Assembly (NCBI GenBank): GCA_934153945.1
Contig: CAKPFM010000006.1
Span: forward strand, 27,318-91,317
Direction: 5' to 3'
Length of the DNA stretch: 64,000 bases
From: an uncultured Bacilli bacterium
Lineage (GTDB): Bacteria > Bacillota_I > Bacilli_A > RF39 > UBA660
Below are positions 53,968-63,985 of the stretch, one piece after another. A model generated the notes under the pieces. The model made no database searches. It was given only the letters and a program-made list of their open reading frames with translations, and was not told the origin of the DNA. The position numbers and the translations under genes are program-made. Numbering within the stretch: the first letter of the stretch is position 1; the number at the start of each line of letters is the position of its first letter.

Positions 53968-54103
53968 GTAGATATATAAAGTATTATAATAATTATAGAT
54001 ACTAATGGAATTTAAAGATGATGATACTGAAATCATCTATTTGAATTCATTGCCTAAAACCCTCTTTTTTTATTTGTCCTTGACAAGGGATTTTAATAAT
54101 AGT

Positions 54104-54667
54104 TCACTTGTTATAATTAATAAGTAATTTATCTACTAATTTTCTATGAATTGGTCTTATAAAATCACACATAGATTCATCATCAACATCTTCGAACGGA
54201 ATCCATTTTACGCCACTACTTTCATCTTTTCTAAAAACAAGTTCTTGTTCTTCAGCGGCTTCCAATAGAAATACAACATCAAAATGAAGGTGAGCTGAAA
54301 CATATTTACCCCTTTTTATATGTCCTTTAACTGGAGCAGATTGTATTGAAAAAATAGAATTATCTAACACTTTTGTTTTTAATCCAGTTTCTTCTTCTAC
54401 TTCACGAACTGCTACACCTAATAAATCATTTTCTCCATCAGCATGTCCTCCCGGATATATCCATCCATCATTGATATTATGATAAACAACTACCATTTTG
54501 TTTCTTTTTTTATTTACAACGAATGCAGATGAACTGAAATGACCAAACACATTATTTCTAGTTAATACATCATCAAATTCGTCAATAAACCTTAAAAATT
54601 GTTCTTTATCCTTTTCTTCTTGTTCGTTAAAGGGAACATACTTTTCTATTTCTTGTTTTAAATTCAT
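54104..54667 (-). CDS. NUDIX hydrolase
   Basis: Nudix box GGHADGENDLLGVAVREVEEETGL. Confidence 0.8.
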   Translation of the reverse strand: MNLKQEIEKYVPFNEQEEKDKEQFLRFIDEFDDVLTRNNVFGHFSSSAFVVNKKRNKMVVVYHNINDGWIYPGGHADGENDLLGVAVREVEEETGLKTKVLDNSIFSIQSAPVKGHIKRGKYVSAHLHFDVVFLLEAAEEQELVFRKDESSGVKWIPFEDVDDESMCDFIRPIHRKLVDKLLINYNK

Positions 54668-54669
54668 AC

Positions 54670-55068
54670 TTATTCACTCTTCCTTTTGTATAATTCAATC
54701 CATCCCATATCTAAAAAATTTTTAATTTCATCATAACAACTTAATAATTTATCAGGCATATTTAATATATATATTTTGATATTTTTATTGTGTATTAAAT
54801 TTAATATAACAGCGTAAGTTAATTCTGACATACCACTAGTTCCTATATAACCTTTAATACCATTTTTTTCTTCATTCATTAAAAAGAAAATATCAGTTTT
54901 TTCAATATTTGAATAAAAGTTTTTATATATTAAAGGTAACTCTTCTTTATAATTTTCTTTTAAAATTAATTTAGGATAATCTAAAATTTCATAATTTTTA
55001 AATTTTTCTATCCAATATTCTACTTTATCTCGTAATTTAGCACTTCCAGATATAACAATTTTTTCCAT
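54670..55068 (-). CDS. Small Rossmann-like protein, tentatively nucleoside 2-deoxyribosyltransferase-like fold
   Basis: 132 aa. KIVISGSAKL start and YIGTSGMSELTYA pattern. Ends 2 nt before the NUDIX gene. The assignment is weak. Confidence 0.3.
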   Translation of the reverse strand: MEKIVISGSAKLRDKVEYWIEKFKNYEILDYPKLILKENYKEELPLIYKNFYSNIEKTDIFFLMNEEKNGIKGYIGTSGMSELTYAVILNLIHNKNIKIYILNMPDKLLSCYDEIKNFLDMGWIELYKRKSE

Positions 55069-55138
55069 ATTATCACCAAATATAATATAACATACGAATA
55101 TACATAAATCAATAATCCATAATAATACTGGTGATTCT

Positions 55139-56080
55139 ATGAAAATAAGATTAGGATATTCTTGTATTAGTGATACTATTAATATTACAACATCAACACC
55201 TTATACATATACTAAATTTAAAAGTGAACAAGATTATATAAAATTAGATAGAATTATTAAATCTAATTTATTAAATTTGTATGAAATATTAAAATATAAT
55301 GAAAAAAATAATATTCATTTTTATAGATTATCATCAAATTTAATTCCTCTAGCAACTAAAAAAGAAGTTGATTTCGAATATATAAAAAAATATAAAAATT
55401 ATTATAATTTAATATCCAAATTTATAAATAAAAATAATATGAGAATAGATTTTCATCCTGATCAATTTTGTGTTTTAAATAGTGTTAATAATGATGTTGT
55501 TGAAAGTTCTATAGAAATATTAAAATATCATTATAATTTACTAGAAGCTATGAATATAAAAAATAAAGTATTAGTATTACATATTGGTAGTAATGCTTTT
55601 GGTAAAGATAATTCTATTAAAAGATTTATCAATAATTTTAATAAATTAGATGATAATATTAAACAAAGTATTGTTATTGAAAATGATGATAAAATATTTA
55701 ATATATTAGATTGTTTAGAAATATCAAATAAATGTAGTATTCCTATTGTATTAGATTATCATCATCATAATTGTAATGGTAAAGATATTGAATTAACAAA
55801 TTATATTGAAAATGTTTTTTCAACATGGAAGAATATTAATCCAAAAATACATTTTTCAAGTCCTAAAAATAATACTAAAAAATATATGAGAAGTCACAAT
55901 GACTATATAAATGTTAATTCTTTTATTCAGTTTATAGAAAGTATTAAATATTTAAATTATGATATAGATATTATGATTGAAGCTAAAAAAAAGGATGAAG
56001 CATTATTTAAACTCATCCGTGAATTAAAATATAAAACTAATTATAAATTTATTGATGATACTACTTTTATAGTTAAATAA
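55139..56080 (+). CDS. uvdE: UV damage endonuclease UvdE/UvsE
   Basis: RLGYSCIS, HFYRLSSNLIPLAT, FHPDQF, VLHIGS, VIENDD, VLDYHHH. Confidence 0.85.
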   Translation: MKIRLGYSCISDTINITTSTPYTYTKFKSEQDYIKLDRIIKSNLLNLYEILKYNEKNNIHFYRLSSNLIPLATKKEVDFEYIKKYKNYYNLISKFINKNNMRIDFHPDQFCVLNSVNNDVVESSIEILKYHYNLLEAMNIKNKVLVLHIGSNAFGKDNSIKRFINNFNKLDDNIKQSIVIENDDKIFNILDCLEISNKCSIPIVLDYHHHNCNGKDIELTNYIENVFSTWKNINPKIHFSSPKNNTKKYMRSHNDYINVNSFIQFIESIKYLNYDIDIMIEAKKKDEALFKLIRELKYKTNYKFIDDTTFIVK

Positions 56081-56450
56081 TTTTAGACATTTGAAATTAA
56101 TTTTGAATTCCGAACTTAACCAACTAGCAAATTCAAAAGCTATATCATAGTGAGCAAATGTTCCTTTACTATATTTTCCACTACTTGGAATAATACCAAT
56201 AGCATTATACTTTTCCTTCCATTTTTTTGGTGTCATAGTAAATCTATTATATGGAACTTCATCATTTTTAATTCTATGTGATTCCACGGAATTAAAATTT
56301 TGATTGTTAATTTCTTCCCATAGTGCATAAAATTCAAATGAATTTCTACTACTCATCAAATTTCTTATAACATCAGATGGATCTTCTGGGTTTGTATATC
56401 TAGCTAAATCAGTTAAAGAAATATATTCTATTTTTAAATCAATAATATAA
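56024..56450 (-). pseudogene. KilA-N-domain protein fragment (mobile-element or phage remnant)
   Basis: The open frame reads ..EYISLTDLARYTNPEDPSDVIRNLMSSRNSFEFYALWEEINNQNFN...GKYSKGTFAHYDIAFEFASWLSSEFK, typical of KilA-N family proteins. It has no credible start codon or N-terminal strands, and its C-terminus degenerates and overlaps uvdE. Confidence 0.45.
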
Positions 56451-56451
56451 A

Positions 56452-57321
56452 TTAAAATCTTTTTAAAATTTTTTGAACTTTTTTATTTAAATCACATTTA
56501 TTAAGCGCAAGTAATGTAACAATAACTTGATAATCAGGATTTACTAAATATTGTCTTAATTTTAAAACAAAATCTTCTTTTTCAATCATTGGACATTTAC
56601 AATTTTTGTATTCTTTTATAATTATGTTTATACATTTTATTATACTATTATAAAGTTCCTTTATCATCTTATTAATTTGATCCATAATTTCTTTTACTAA
56701 TTTTATTTCTTTATCTGTTTTTTTATCTGCTTTTTCAATAATTACCTTGGAATATTCTATATACCTTCTAATAGTTCTACGATAAGTTTGATATGAATCT
56801 AACTCAAATAATAAATTTTCAATTTTATAAAATCTTTCATCTTCATAAAATCCTATAACATCATTTGTAAACGGGTATTTCAAAATATCTTCTCCATAGA
56901 TTGAAATAAGTAAATCTACAATAAAATATTCAAAAACATATCCTTTAGAACTACTAATTTTTCTACTTAGATATTCAACAAAACCCTCTGTTAAAGCTAA
57001 TCCATATTTTATATTATTAGTCTTATTTTTCATAGCTATCCCGTTAGAATAATACCACTCAAAATCATCTACTTGTTTGTTTAATTTTTCAGCATCCCTA
57101 AAGCATGAATGAAATAATTCATGAATAATTGCCGTATCATTATATAATGTAATCAAATTTTTTTCTTCATCATATCTTCCACACACAATACCCAAAATAG
57201 AATCTAATTCATCTATTTTATTTATTTTTAATGTTTTTTTATTGTTATAATAATTTCTTCTCCATTTAACTGGATAGGATTCTAATAATTTTTCTACCAA
57301 TAAAATTTCATTTTCATACAT
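56452..57321 (-). CDS. Putative zinc metallopeptidase-like protein (HExxH ... EG; MA-clan-like)
   Basis: AIIHELFHSCF, with LTEGFVEYL about 45 aa downstream. Helical Lys-rich C-terminal half. Confidence 0.4.
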   Translation of the reverse strand: MYENEILLVEKLLESYPVKWRRNYYNNKKTLKINKIDELDSILGIVCGRYDEEKNLITLYNDTAIIHELFHSCFRDAEKLNKQVDDFEWYYSNGIAMKNKTNNIKYGLALTEGFVEYLSRKISSSKGYVFEYFIVDLLISIYGEDILKYPFTNDVIGFYEDERFYKIENLLFELDSYQTYRRTIRRYIEYSKVIIEKADKKTDKEIKLVKEIMDQINKMIKELYNSIIKCINIIIKEYKNCKCPMIEKEDFVLKLRQYLVNPDYQVIVTLLALNKCDLNKKVQKILKRF

Positions 57322-57359
57322 AATTACATCACCGCTTGAATCATTATTCTAACATAATA

Positions 57360-57386
57360 AAATAAAAAAAGATAGTAAAACTATCT
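57360..57386 (-). terminator. Terminator of the gatCAB-asnS-aspS operon
   Basis: Minus strand: AGATAGT-ttt-ACTATCT hairpin overlapping the aspS stop codon, followed by TTTTTTTATT. Confidence 0.7.
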
Positions 57387-59120
57387 AATTTTAATGTGTA
57401 CTTCTCTTAATTGCTCTTCTGTTACAAAACTTGGACTTCCCATCATATTATCTTGACCACTAACACTCATTGGGAATGCCTGAACTTCTCTTAAATTAGG
57501 TTCATCTTTAAGTAACATGATAATTCTATCAATTCCAGGTGCCATTCCTGCATGAGGTGGCGCTCCATATTGGAATGCTGTATATAAAGATTTAAATCTT
57601 GATTTTACTTCTTCTTCAGGATAACCAGCTATTTCAAAAGCTTTTTTCATAACTTCTATATCATGATTTCTAACAGCTCCACTAGCCATTTCATAACCAT
57701 TACAAACAAAATCATATTGATAAGCTAAAATATCTTCAGTCCTTTTATTTAATAAACTTTCCATACCACCTTGTGGCATACTAAATGGATTATGTCCAAA
57801 ATCAAATTTTCGTGTTTCTTCATTCCATTCATACATTGGAAAATTATTTACTATACAAAATTCAAACCTATTTTTATCTATTAAATCCAATTTTTGACCT
57901 AAACAAGTTCTAATTTGACCTGCAAATTTATTTACTAATACTTCATCCTTATTAGCTATGAAAAATAATACATCGCCATTTTTCATATCACATTTATCAA
58001 TTAAATTTTTTCTTGTTTCATCATCTAAAAATTTATCAATAGGTCCTTTAAAATTATTATCAATTAAGCTAATATATCCAATACCAGGCATACCAATAGA
58101 TGAAGCATAATCAACTATTTCATTAAACCAACTATTTGATTTATCAGCTATATTATTAACTTTAATACCTCTTACAATTGATGCTCTAAAAGGTTTAAAA
58201 TCAGACTCTATAAATAATTCACTTAAATCAATTATTTCTAATGGATTTCTTAAATCTGGTTTATCTGTACCATATTTTAACATAGCATCTTTATAATTAA
58301 TTCTTCTAAATGGTTTTTCACTTACTGATTTATCACTAAAATTAGAGAAAGTATCATAAAATATTTCTTCTCCTATTTTATAAACATCTTCTTCAGTAGC
58401 AAAACTCATTTCAAAGTCTAATTGATAAAATTCTAAAGTTCTATCACTTCTACAATCTTCATCTCTAAAACAAGGTGCTATTTGATAATATCTATCAAAT
58501 CCTGATACCATTAATAATTGTTTATAAATTTGAGGAGCTTGAGGTAAAGCATAAAATTGTCCTTTAAACTTACGGGATGGAACAATAAAATCTCTTGCTC
58601 CTTCTGGTGAAGATGCTGAAATAATAGGAGTTTGTACTTCTGTAAATCCCAAAGAGTCCATTTTATTTCTTAAAAATTTTAAAACTTTACTTCTAAGTAC
58701 TATATTGTCATGTACTTTTTTATTTCTTAAATCCAAATAACGATATTTAAGTCTTACTTCATCATTTACTTCATGAGATGTTTTAATTTCAAAAGGTAAA
58801 TTATTTAAAGCATGACCTAATACTTCTAATTCATCTACTAAAACTTCTATAGTTCCAGTTTCAATATTTGGATTATAATCATCTTCGTTTCTTTTTCTAA
58901 CTTTACCACTTACTGTTATAGTAGATTCTTTAGTTAGTTTTAAAAATTTAGAATCATCATTACTAACTAATTGAACAGTACCTGTTTCATCTCTTAAATC
59001 TACAAATATTACTCCACCATGATCCCTAATATTTTCAACCCAACCAGCTAGTCTTATAGTTTTATCAATATTAGAATCATTTACTTTTCCTGCATAACAG
59101 TTTCTATATTTGTTTTCCAT
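57381..59120 (-). CDS. aspS: Aspartyl-tRNA synthetase (bacterial type)
   Basis: 579 aa. OB-fold N-terminus (LAGWVENIRDHGGVIFVDLRD), class II motifs (FRDED, GGMESL..), PPHAGMAPGIDR. Confidence 0.93.
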   Translation of the reverse strand: MENKYRNCYAGKVNDSNIDKTIRLAGWVENIRDHGGVIFVDLRDETGTVQLVSNDDSKFLKLTKESTITVSGKVRKRNEDDYNPNIETGTIEVLVDELEVLGHALNNLPFEIKTSHEVNDEVRLKYRYLDLRNKKVHDNIVLRSKVLKFLRNKMDSLGFTEVQTPIISASSPEGARDFIVPSRKFKGQFYALPQAPQIYKQLLMVSGFDRYYQIAPCFRDEDCRSDRTLEFYQLDFEMSFATEEDVYKIGEEIFYDTFSNFSDKSVSEKPFRRINYKDAMLKYGTDKPDLRNPLEIIDLSELFIESDFKPFRASIVRGIKVNNIADKSNSWFNEIVDYASSIGMPGIGYISLIDNNFKGPIDKFLDDETRKNLIDKCDMKNGDVLFFIANKDEVLVNKFAGQIRTCLGQKLDLIDKNRFEFCIVNNFPMYEWNEETRKFDFGHNPFSMPQGGMESLLNKRTEDILAYQYDFVCNGYEMASGAVRNHDIEVMKKAFEIAGYPEEEVKSRFKSLYTAFQYGAPPHAGMAPGIDRIIMLLKDEPNLREVQAFPMSVSGQDNMMGSPSFVTEEQLREVHIKIR

Positions 59121-59128
59121 AATTCCTC

Positions 59129-60508
59129 CTAGAAATCACATGAATTAGGAGTTCTAGGGAATGGTATAACATCTCTAATATTTTCAACACCTGTTAAATA
59201 TATTAATAATCTTTCAAATCCCATACCAAATCCTGAGTGTACACATCCTCCAAATTTTCTTAAATTAATAAACCAATCTACAGGTTTTTTATCTACACCT
59301 AATTCATCACATCTTTTAATTAATTTTTCATAATTTTCTTCTCTTTGAGAACCACCCATTAGTTCTCCAGCACCAGGAACTTCTAGGTCTACTGCTGCTA
59401 CTGTTTTATCATCATTATTTACTTTCATATACCAAGCTTTAATATCTTTAGGCCAATTTGTTATAAATACTGGTCCATTAAAGTATTCTGTAATATATTT
59501 TTCATGTTCTTTAGCTATATCTTCTCCATATTTAGGCTCAAATTCCCATTTTACTTTAGCATTTTTTAAAATAGTAATAGCTTCTTCATGAGTAATTCTT
59601 TTGAAATTAGAATTAACTAATTTATTTAATTTTTCTAGTAATCCTTTTTCCACAAAATTATTTAAAAATTCTAATTCATCTTTACATCTTTCTAGTACAT
59701 AGTTAACAACAAATTTTAACATTTCTTCTTCTATATCCATTAATCCATCTAAATCACAAAAAGCTATTTCTGGTTCAATCATCCAAAATTCATTAGCATG
59801 TGTTTTAGTATTTGAATTTTCTGTTCTAAATGTTGGTCCAAAAGTATAGATGTTATTAAATGCCATAGCAAATGCTTCACCATGTAATTGTCCTGTTCCT
59901 GTTACATATGATTTTTTTCCAAATAAGTCTTGCTTATAATCTACTTCTCCATCTATTTTAGGTACATTATTTAAGTCAAATGTAGTTATTTTAAACATTT
60001 GATCTGACCCTTCACAATCAGTTGTTGTTATTAAAGGAGTATGTACATATAAGTAGTTTCTATCTTGAAAATATGTATGAATTGCCATAGCTGCTACACT
60101 ACGAATTCTAAATACAGCTTGGAATAAATTTGTACGAGGTCTTAGATAAGCTATTTCTCTTAAGTATTCTCTTGTAGGTCTTCCTTTAGCTTGTAAAGGA
60201 TAGTCTTCAGTACAATCTCCTAATAAAATTATTTCTTTTGCTTTTAGTTCATAGTCTTGTCCAGCACCTTCTGACTTTACTAGAGTTCCTATTACTTTTA
60301 TTGATGAACCAATATGTAATTTAGAAATTTCTTCAAAATCACTTAATTCATTAGTATAAACTATTTGTAAATGTTTAAAACTTGTTCCATCTGAAAAATC
60401 AATAAATCCAAAATATGCTTGTTTTCTATGACTTCTTATCCATCCATTTACTTCTATTTCTTTATTTTCATAATTTGTAATATTTTTAAATAAATCTACA
60501 AGTTTCAT
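59129..60508 (-). CDS. asnS: Asparaginyl-tRNA synthetase
   Basis: 459 aa. VNGWIRSHRKQ..F..DGTS, FRIRS, TPLITTTDCEGSDQMF, FRTENSNT, GGSQRE, HSGFGMGFERL. Confidence 0.9.
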   Translation of the reverse strand: MKLVDLFKNITNYENKEIEVNGWIRSHRKQAYFGFIDFSDGTSFKHLQIVYTNELSDFEEISKLHIGSSIKVIGTLVKSEGAGQDYELKAKEIILLGDCTEDYPLQAKGRPTREYLREIAYLRPRTNLFQAVFRIRSVAAMAIHTYFQDRNYLYVHTPLITTTDCEGSDQMFKITTFDLNNVPKIDGEVDYKQDLFGKKSYVTGTGQLHGEAFAMAFNNIYTFGPTFRTENSNTKTHANEFWMIEPEIAFCDLDGLMDIEEEMLKFVVNYVLERCKDELEFLNNFVEKGLLEKLNKLVNSNFKRITHEEAITILKNAKVKWEFEPKYGEDIAKEHEKYITEYFNGPVFITNWPKDIKAWYMKVNNDDKTVAAVDLEVPGAGELMGGSQREENYEKLIKRCDELGVDKKPVDWFINLRKFGGCVHSGFGMGFERLLIYLTGVENIRDVIPFPRTPNSCDF

Positions 60509-60510
60509 AT

Positions 60511-61968
60511 TTACCTCTTTTCTATTTCTTCAATCATCATACTTCTAGCCATAGCTGGATTAGCTTGACCTTTTGTTTTTTTCATAACTTGACCTACCAA
60601 GAAATCTACTATATTTGTTCTACCATTTTTATATTGTTCAATTCCGTCTGCATGTTCATCTAATACTTCTGTTACAACTTTTAATATTTCGTCAGTTCCA
60701 CCTATTTGTTTCATGCCTTCTTCTTCTACTATTTTAGTAGGATTTTTCTTTTCATCTAATGAACGATATAGTACTTCTTTACCTTGTTTAGATGATATTT
60801 TAGCATCACTTACTAATTTAATTAAATCTTTTAACATAATTGGAGTTAGATATAATTCATTAATTGTTAAGTCATTTTTATTGATATATCCTAAAATAAT
60901 ACTAGTGATCCAGTTTGATGCCATTTTTGGATCTGCTCCTAAATTAACAGTTTCTTCAAAATAATCTGATATTGGTTTTTCTTTTACTAAAATTGTTGCA
61001 TCATAATTTGATAAATTATATTCATTTATATATTTTTCTTTACGAGATTGAGCTAGTTCAGGAATAGATTTTTTTATTTCCTCTATCCATTCATTAGATA
61101 ATTTAAATTTTGGGATATTTGGTTCAACAAAATATTTATAATCAATTGCATCTACTTTACTACGCATATATATAGTAGTAGCTGATTCCTCATCCCAACG
61201 TCTAGTTTGTTGTTCCATTTCGTCATATGTTCCATCTTCTTTAGCTTCAATTTGTCTTTCTATTTCATAGTTAATAGCGTCTCTTACTCCACCAAATGAA
61301 TTAACATTTTTTATTTCTATTTTTGTTCCCCAGTTTTTAGGCTCAGTTTCATCTTTATCATTATCCATTATAGAAACATTGACATCACATCTAATTTGTC
61401 CTTTTTTACTATCAGCTTCACTTATTCCAGCATATTGATATATTGTTCTCATAGTTTCTAGAAAAGCTACTGCTTCTTCTGCTGAATGTAAATCTGGTTC
61501 TGTTACAAGTTCCAAAAGTGGTACACCTGCTCTATTGTAGTCAATTGTTGAATATCTTGAAAAGTGATTTGAAGATGCTGCATCTTCTTCTAGATGAATA
61601 TTATTTATTCTTACTGTTTTTTCTTCACCATTTAAGTCAAATGTTAAACTACCATATATACCTACTGGAGCTGGTTTTGTTTCTTGAGTAATTTGAAATC
61701 CTTTTGGTAAATCTGGATAATAGTAATTTTTTCTTTCAAAATATATATATTCTGGTTGTTTACAGTTTAAAATTATACTTGCCATTAGTGCTTTTTTTAC
61801 TGCTTCTTTATTTACTACAGGAAGTGTTCCTGGAAAAGCCATATCTACAGGTCTAATATTTGAGTTTGGTATTTCGCTATATGAGTTTCTAGCACTTGAA
61901 AAAACTTTTGATTTAGTTTCACTTATTTCACAGTGCATTTCAAGTCCAATTAATACTTTATATTTCAT
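60511..61968 (-). CDS. gatB: Asp/Glu-tRNA amidotransferase subunit B
   Basis: IGLEMHCE, DYNRAGVPLLELVTEPD, EIKNVNSF, C-terminal GatB_Yqey-like tail. Confidence 0.93.
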   Translation of the reverse strand: MKYKVLIGLEMHCEISETKSKVFSSARNSYSEIPNSNIRPVDMAFPGTLPVVNKEAVKKALMASIILNCKQPEYIYFERKNYYYPDLPKGFQITQETKPAPVGIYGSLTFDLNGEEKTVRINNIHLEEDAASSNHFSRYSTIDYNRAGVPLLELVTEPDLHSAEEAVAFLETMRTIYQYAGISEADSKKGQIRCDVNVSIMDNDKDETEPKNWGTKIEIKNVNSFGGVRDAINYEIERQIEAKEDGTYDEMEQQTRRWDEESATTIYMRSKVDAIDYKYFVEPNIPKFKLSNEWIEEIKKSIPELAQSRKEKYINEYNLSNYDATILVKEKPISDYFEETVNLGADPKMASNWITSIILGYINKNDLTINELYLTPIMLKDLIKLVSDAKISSKQGKEVLYRSLDEKKNPTKIVEEEGMKQIGGTDEILKVVTEVLDEHADGIEQYKNGRTNIVDFLVGQVMKKTKGQANPAMARSMMIEEIEKR

Positions 61969-61971
61969 TAG

Positions 61972-63423
61972 TTATTCCTCCCCTGCTATTTGGTTTTTAT
62001 AGTTCATTGCATTTTCAAAAGCATAAGCAATATTTAATACATTTTCATCATCATAACATTTACCTGTTATATTGAATGCGACAGGCATATTATCAACAAA
62101 ACCATTTGGTATTGTAATTGATGGATAGCCTCCAAAATTTCCTATTTGTAAGTGTTCTTCTAATACAGTTGTATTTTCATCTAATGTATCATCATTATTT
62201 TCTAATTTTTTAGCTGGTCCACTTCCTACTGGTAAAATAACAGCATCATATTTTTCAAATAATTTATTCCATGTATCTACTAGTAATCTTCTTACTCTTT
62301 GAGCATTATGGAAATATCTATCTTTGTTTTCAGCTTGTAATACATATGAACCTATAACAAATCTTCTTTTTATTAATGGTGAAAATCCTTTTGTACGATA
62401 ATCTTTCATTTGTTCTATGTATGTTTTTCCCTCACCTCTTGGCCCAAATATGAATCCAGTTAAGTTTGACATATTACTTGTTGCTTCAGCACATGATATT
62501 ACTACATAAGTTGAAGCTACAGCATTTAGTAATGTTTGGTCTACTGATACTTCATCTACTTCCATACCTAGAGTTTTTGCTAATTCTATAGTTTTGTTAA
62601 AATTTTCTAGATGTTCTTTTAGTTCTTTACTAGCATTTGGATAATTATTTATATCACATATTTCTTTTACATAACATAGTTTTTTATTTTTAACATTTCC
62701 TGTTAGTGATTCTAATAAATGAATATTTTTTGAATCCCAACTAGTCATATCATTTTTGTCTATTCCTTTCATAGCATCTACTACTATGGCTGCATCTTCA
62801 ACATTACGAGTTAATACTCCACAATGATCTAAACTTGATGCGAATGGGAATAATCCATATCTTGAAATCATTCCATATGTTGGTTTATATCCTACTATTC
62901 CACAGTATGCTGCAGGTTTTCTAATTGAATCTCCTGTATCACTACCTGTAGCAAATGGATAAACTCCTGCAGCAACAGCACAAGCTGATCCTGCACTTGA
63001 TCCAGCACACATTCTAGTTTTATCCCAAGGATTTCTTACAATTCCAGTATGACCTGTTGTTCCTGTTCCACCCATTCCAAATTCATCCATTACAGTTTTA
63101 TTGATTGCTACTGCATTATGACTTTCTAGATTAGTGATTGCTGTTGCAGTAAAGAATGGTACATAGTCTTTTAAAGTATTACTTGATCCTGTACTTAATA
63201 TTCCTTTTGTTGAGTAATTATCTTTTATTCCATATGGAATTCCTGATAATAAATCATCTGTTACTGCAGTTTCTTTAGCGTCATCTATAATTGTTACAAA
63301 TGGATTACAAGTATTTTGTAATTCATGTGATTTTTGTAATGATTCTTTTATTAGTTCTTCTACTGTTACTTCTTTATTTTTTAAAGCTTCATGTATTTCT
63401 TTTATACTTTTATTCATATACAT
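61972..63423 (-). CDS. gatA: Asp/Glu-tRNA amidotransferase subunit A (amidase)
   Basis: Amidase signature GGSSAGSA-like (CAGSSAGSACAVAAG), GSDTGDSIRKPAAYCG. Start refined to ATG 63421-63423 (GGTGGTGGA SD), overlapping the gatC stop region. Confidence 0.92.
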   Translation of the reverse strand: MYMNKSIKEIHEALKNKEVTVEELIKESLQKSHELQNTCNPFVTIIDDAKETAVTDDLLSGIPYGIKDNYSTKGILSTGSSNTLKDYVPFFTATAITNLESHNAVAINKTVMDEFGMGGTGTTGHTGIVRNPWDKTRMCAGSSAGSACAVAAGVYPFATGSDTGDSIRKPAAYCGIVGYKPTYGMISRYGLFPFASSLDHCGVLTRNVEDAAIVVDAMKGIDKNDMTSWDSKNIHLLESLTGNVKNKKLCYVKEICDINNYPNASKELKEHLENFNKTIELAKTLGMEVDEVSVDQTLLNAVASTYVVISCAEATSNMSNLTGFIFGPRGEGKTYIEQMKDYRTKGFSPLIKRRFVIGSYVLQAENKDRYFHNAQRVRRLLVDTWNKLFEKYDAVILPVGSGPAKKLENNDDTLDENTTVLEEHLQIGNFGGYPSITIPNGFVDNMPVAFNITGKCYDDENVLNIAYAFENAMNYKNQIAGEE

Positions 63424-63424
63424 A

Positions 63425-63721
63425 TTATTCCACCACCTTTGGTACTTGTACTTCTCTATCCATTGTATCATCACAATTTTGTAATAGTTCTTCTATTGGT
63501 ACTGATTCTTCTACTTCATCTTCTCTTAGTACATATTCAAAATTATCTAAACAATGTGTCATTGGTTCTACTTCATTTATATTTGGTATTTGATTTATTA
63601 AATCGATGTTTTTATCTATTATTTCAAATTCATCTAATACCATTTTATTTTCTTCTTTTGTTAATCCTATTAGTAATTTTTCTGCATAATCGTCTACCAT
63701 TTCACTTGTAAATTTTTTCAT
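63425..63721 (-). CDS. gatC: Asp/Glu-tRNA amidotransferase subunit C
   Basis: 98 aa, acidic. LTKEENKMVLDEF..I...I..I....V.PM pattern. First gene after the T-box. Confidence 0.85.
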   Translation of the reverse strand: MKKFTSEMVDDYAEKLLIGLTKEENKMVLDEFEIIDKNIDLINQIPNINEVEPMTHCLDNFEYVLREDEVEESVPIEELLQNCDDTMDREVQVPKVVE

Positions 63722-63740
63722 ATTTTCCTCCTTTAATCAA

Positions 63741-63985
63741 CAAAAAACAGTAATTTATCCACAAGGGACGAATTACTGTTGTATCCGCGGTACCACCCTA
63801 ATTATCACATAGTGATCTCTTTAGTACGTAATGTGATAACGGATTACCTTCCGGCTTAAACTACTTAATTTCATCTAAGCAACTCTAGAGTGTTCTTCCT
63901 ATACATATTTATGTTAGCTTCCACCATATCTAACTCGCTTTATAAAGGAATGTATAGTACTTTTCTCTTTCATAGTTATTAAATT
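63741..63985 (-). promoter_or_regulatory. T-box riboswitch leader, probable Asn (AAC) specifier
   Basis: Minus strand: Stem I (AGAG..AGTA, upper helix CTATACAT/ATGTATAG, AGCGAG bulge, GGTGGAA distal loop). Specifier loop GAAG-AAC-A-CTCT (AAC at 63892-63894). T-box sequence AGGGTGGTACCGCGG (63785-63799). Terminator AACAGTAATT...AATTACTGTT plus a T-run (63741-63780). Confidence 0.85.

Noticed and set aside
63291-63711. Plus-strand ORFs 63291..63593 and 63391..63711 (Leu-rich, about 100 aa each).
   Set aside because: They are antisense to gatA/gatC, which have strong family motifs. The products are low-complexity reverse-frame artefacts.
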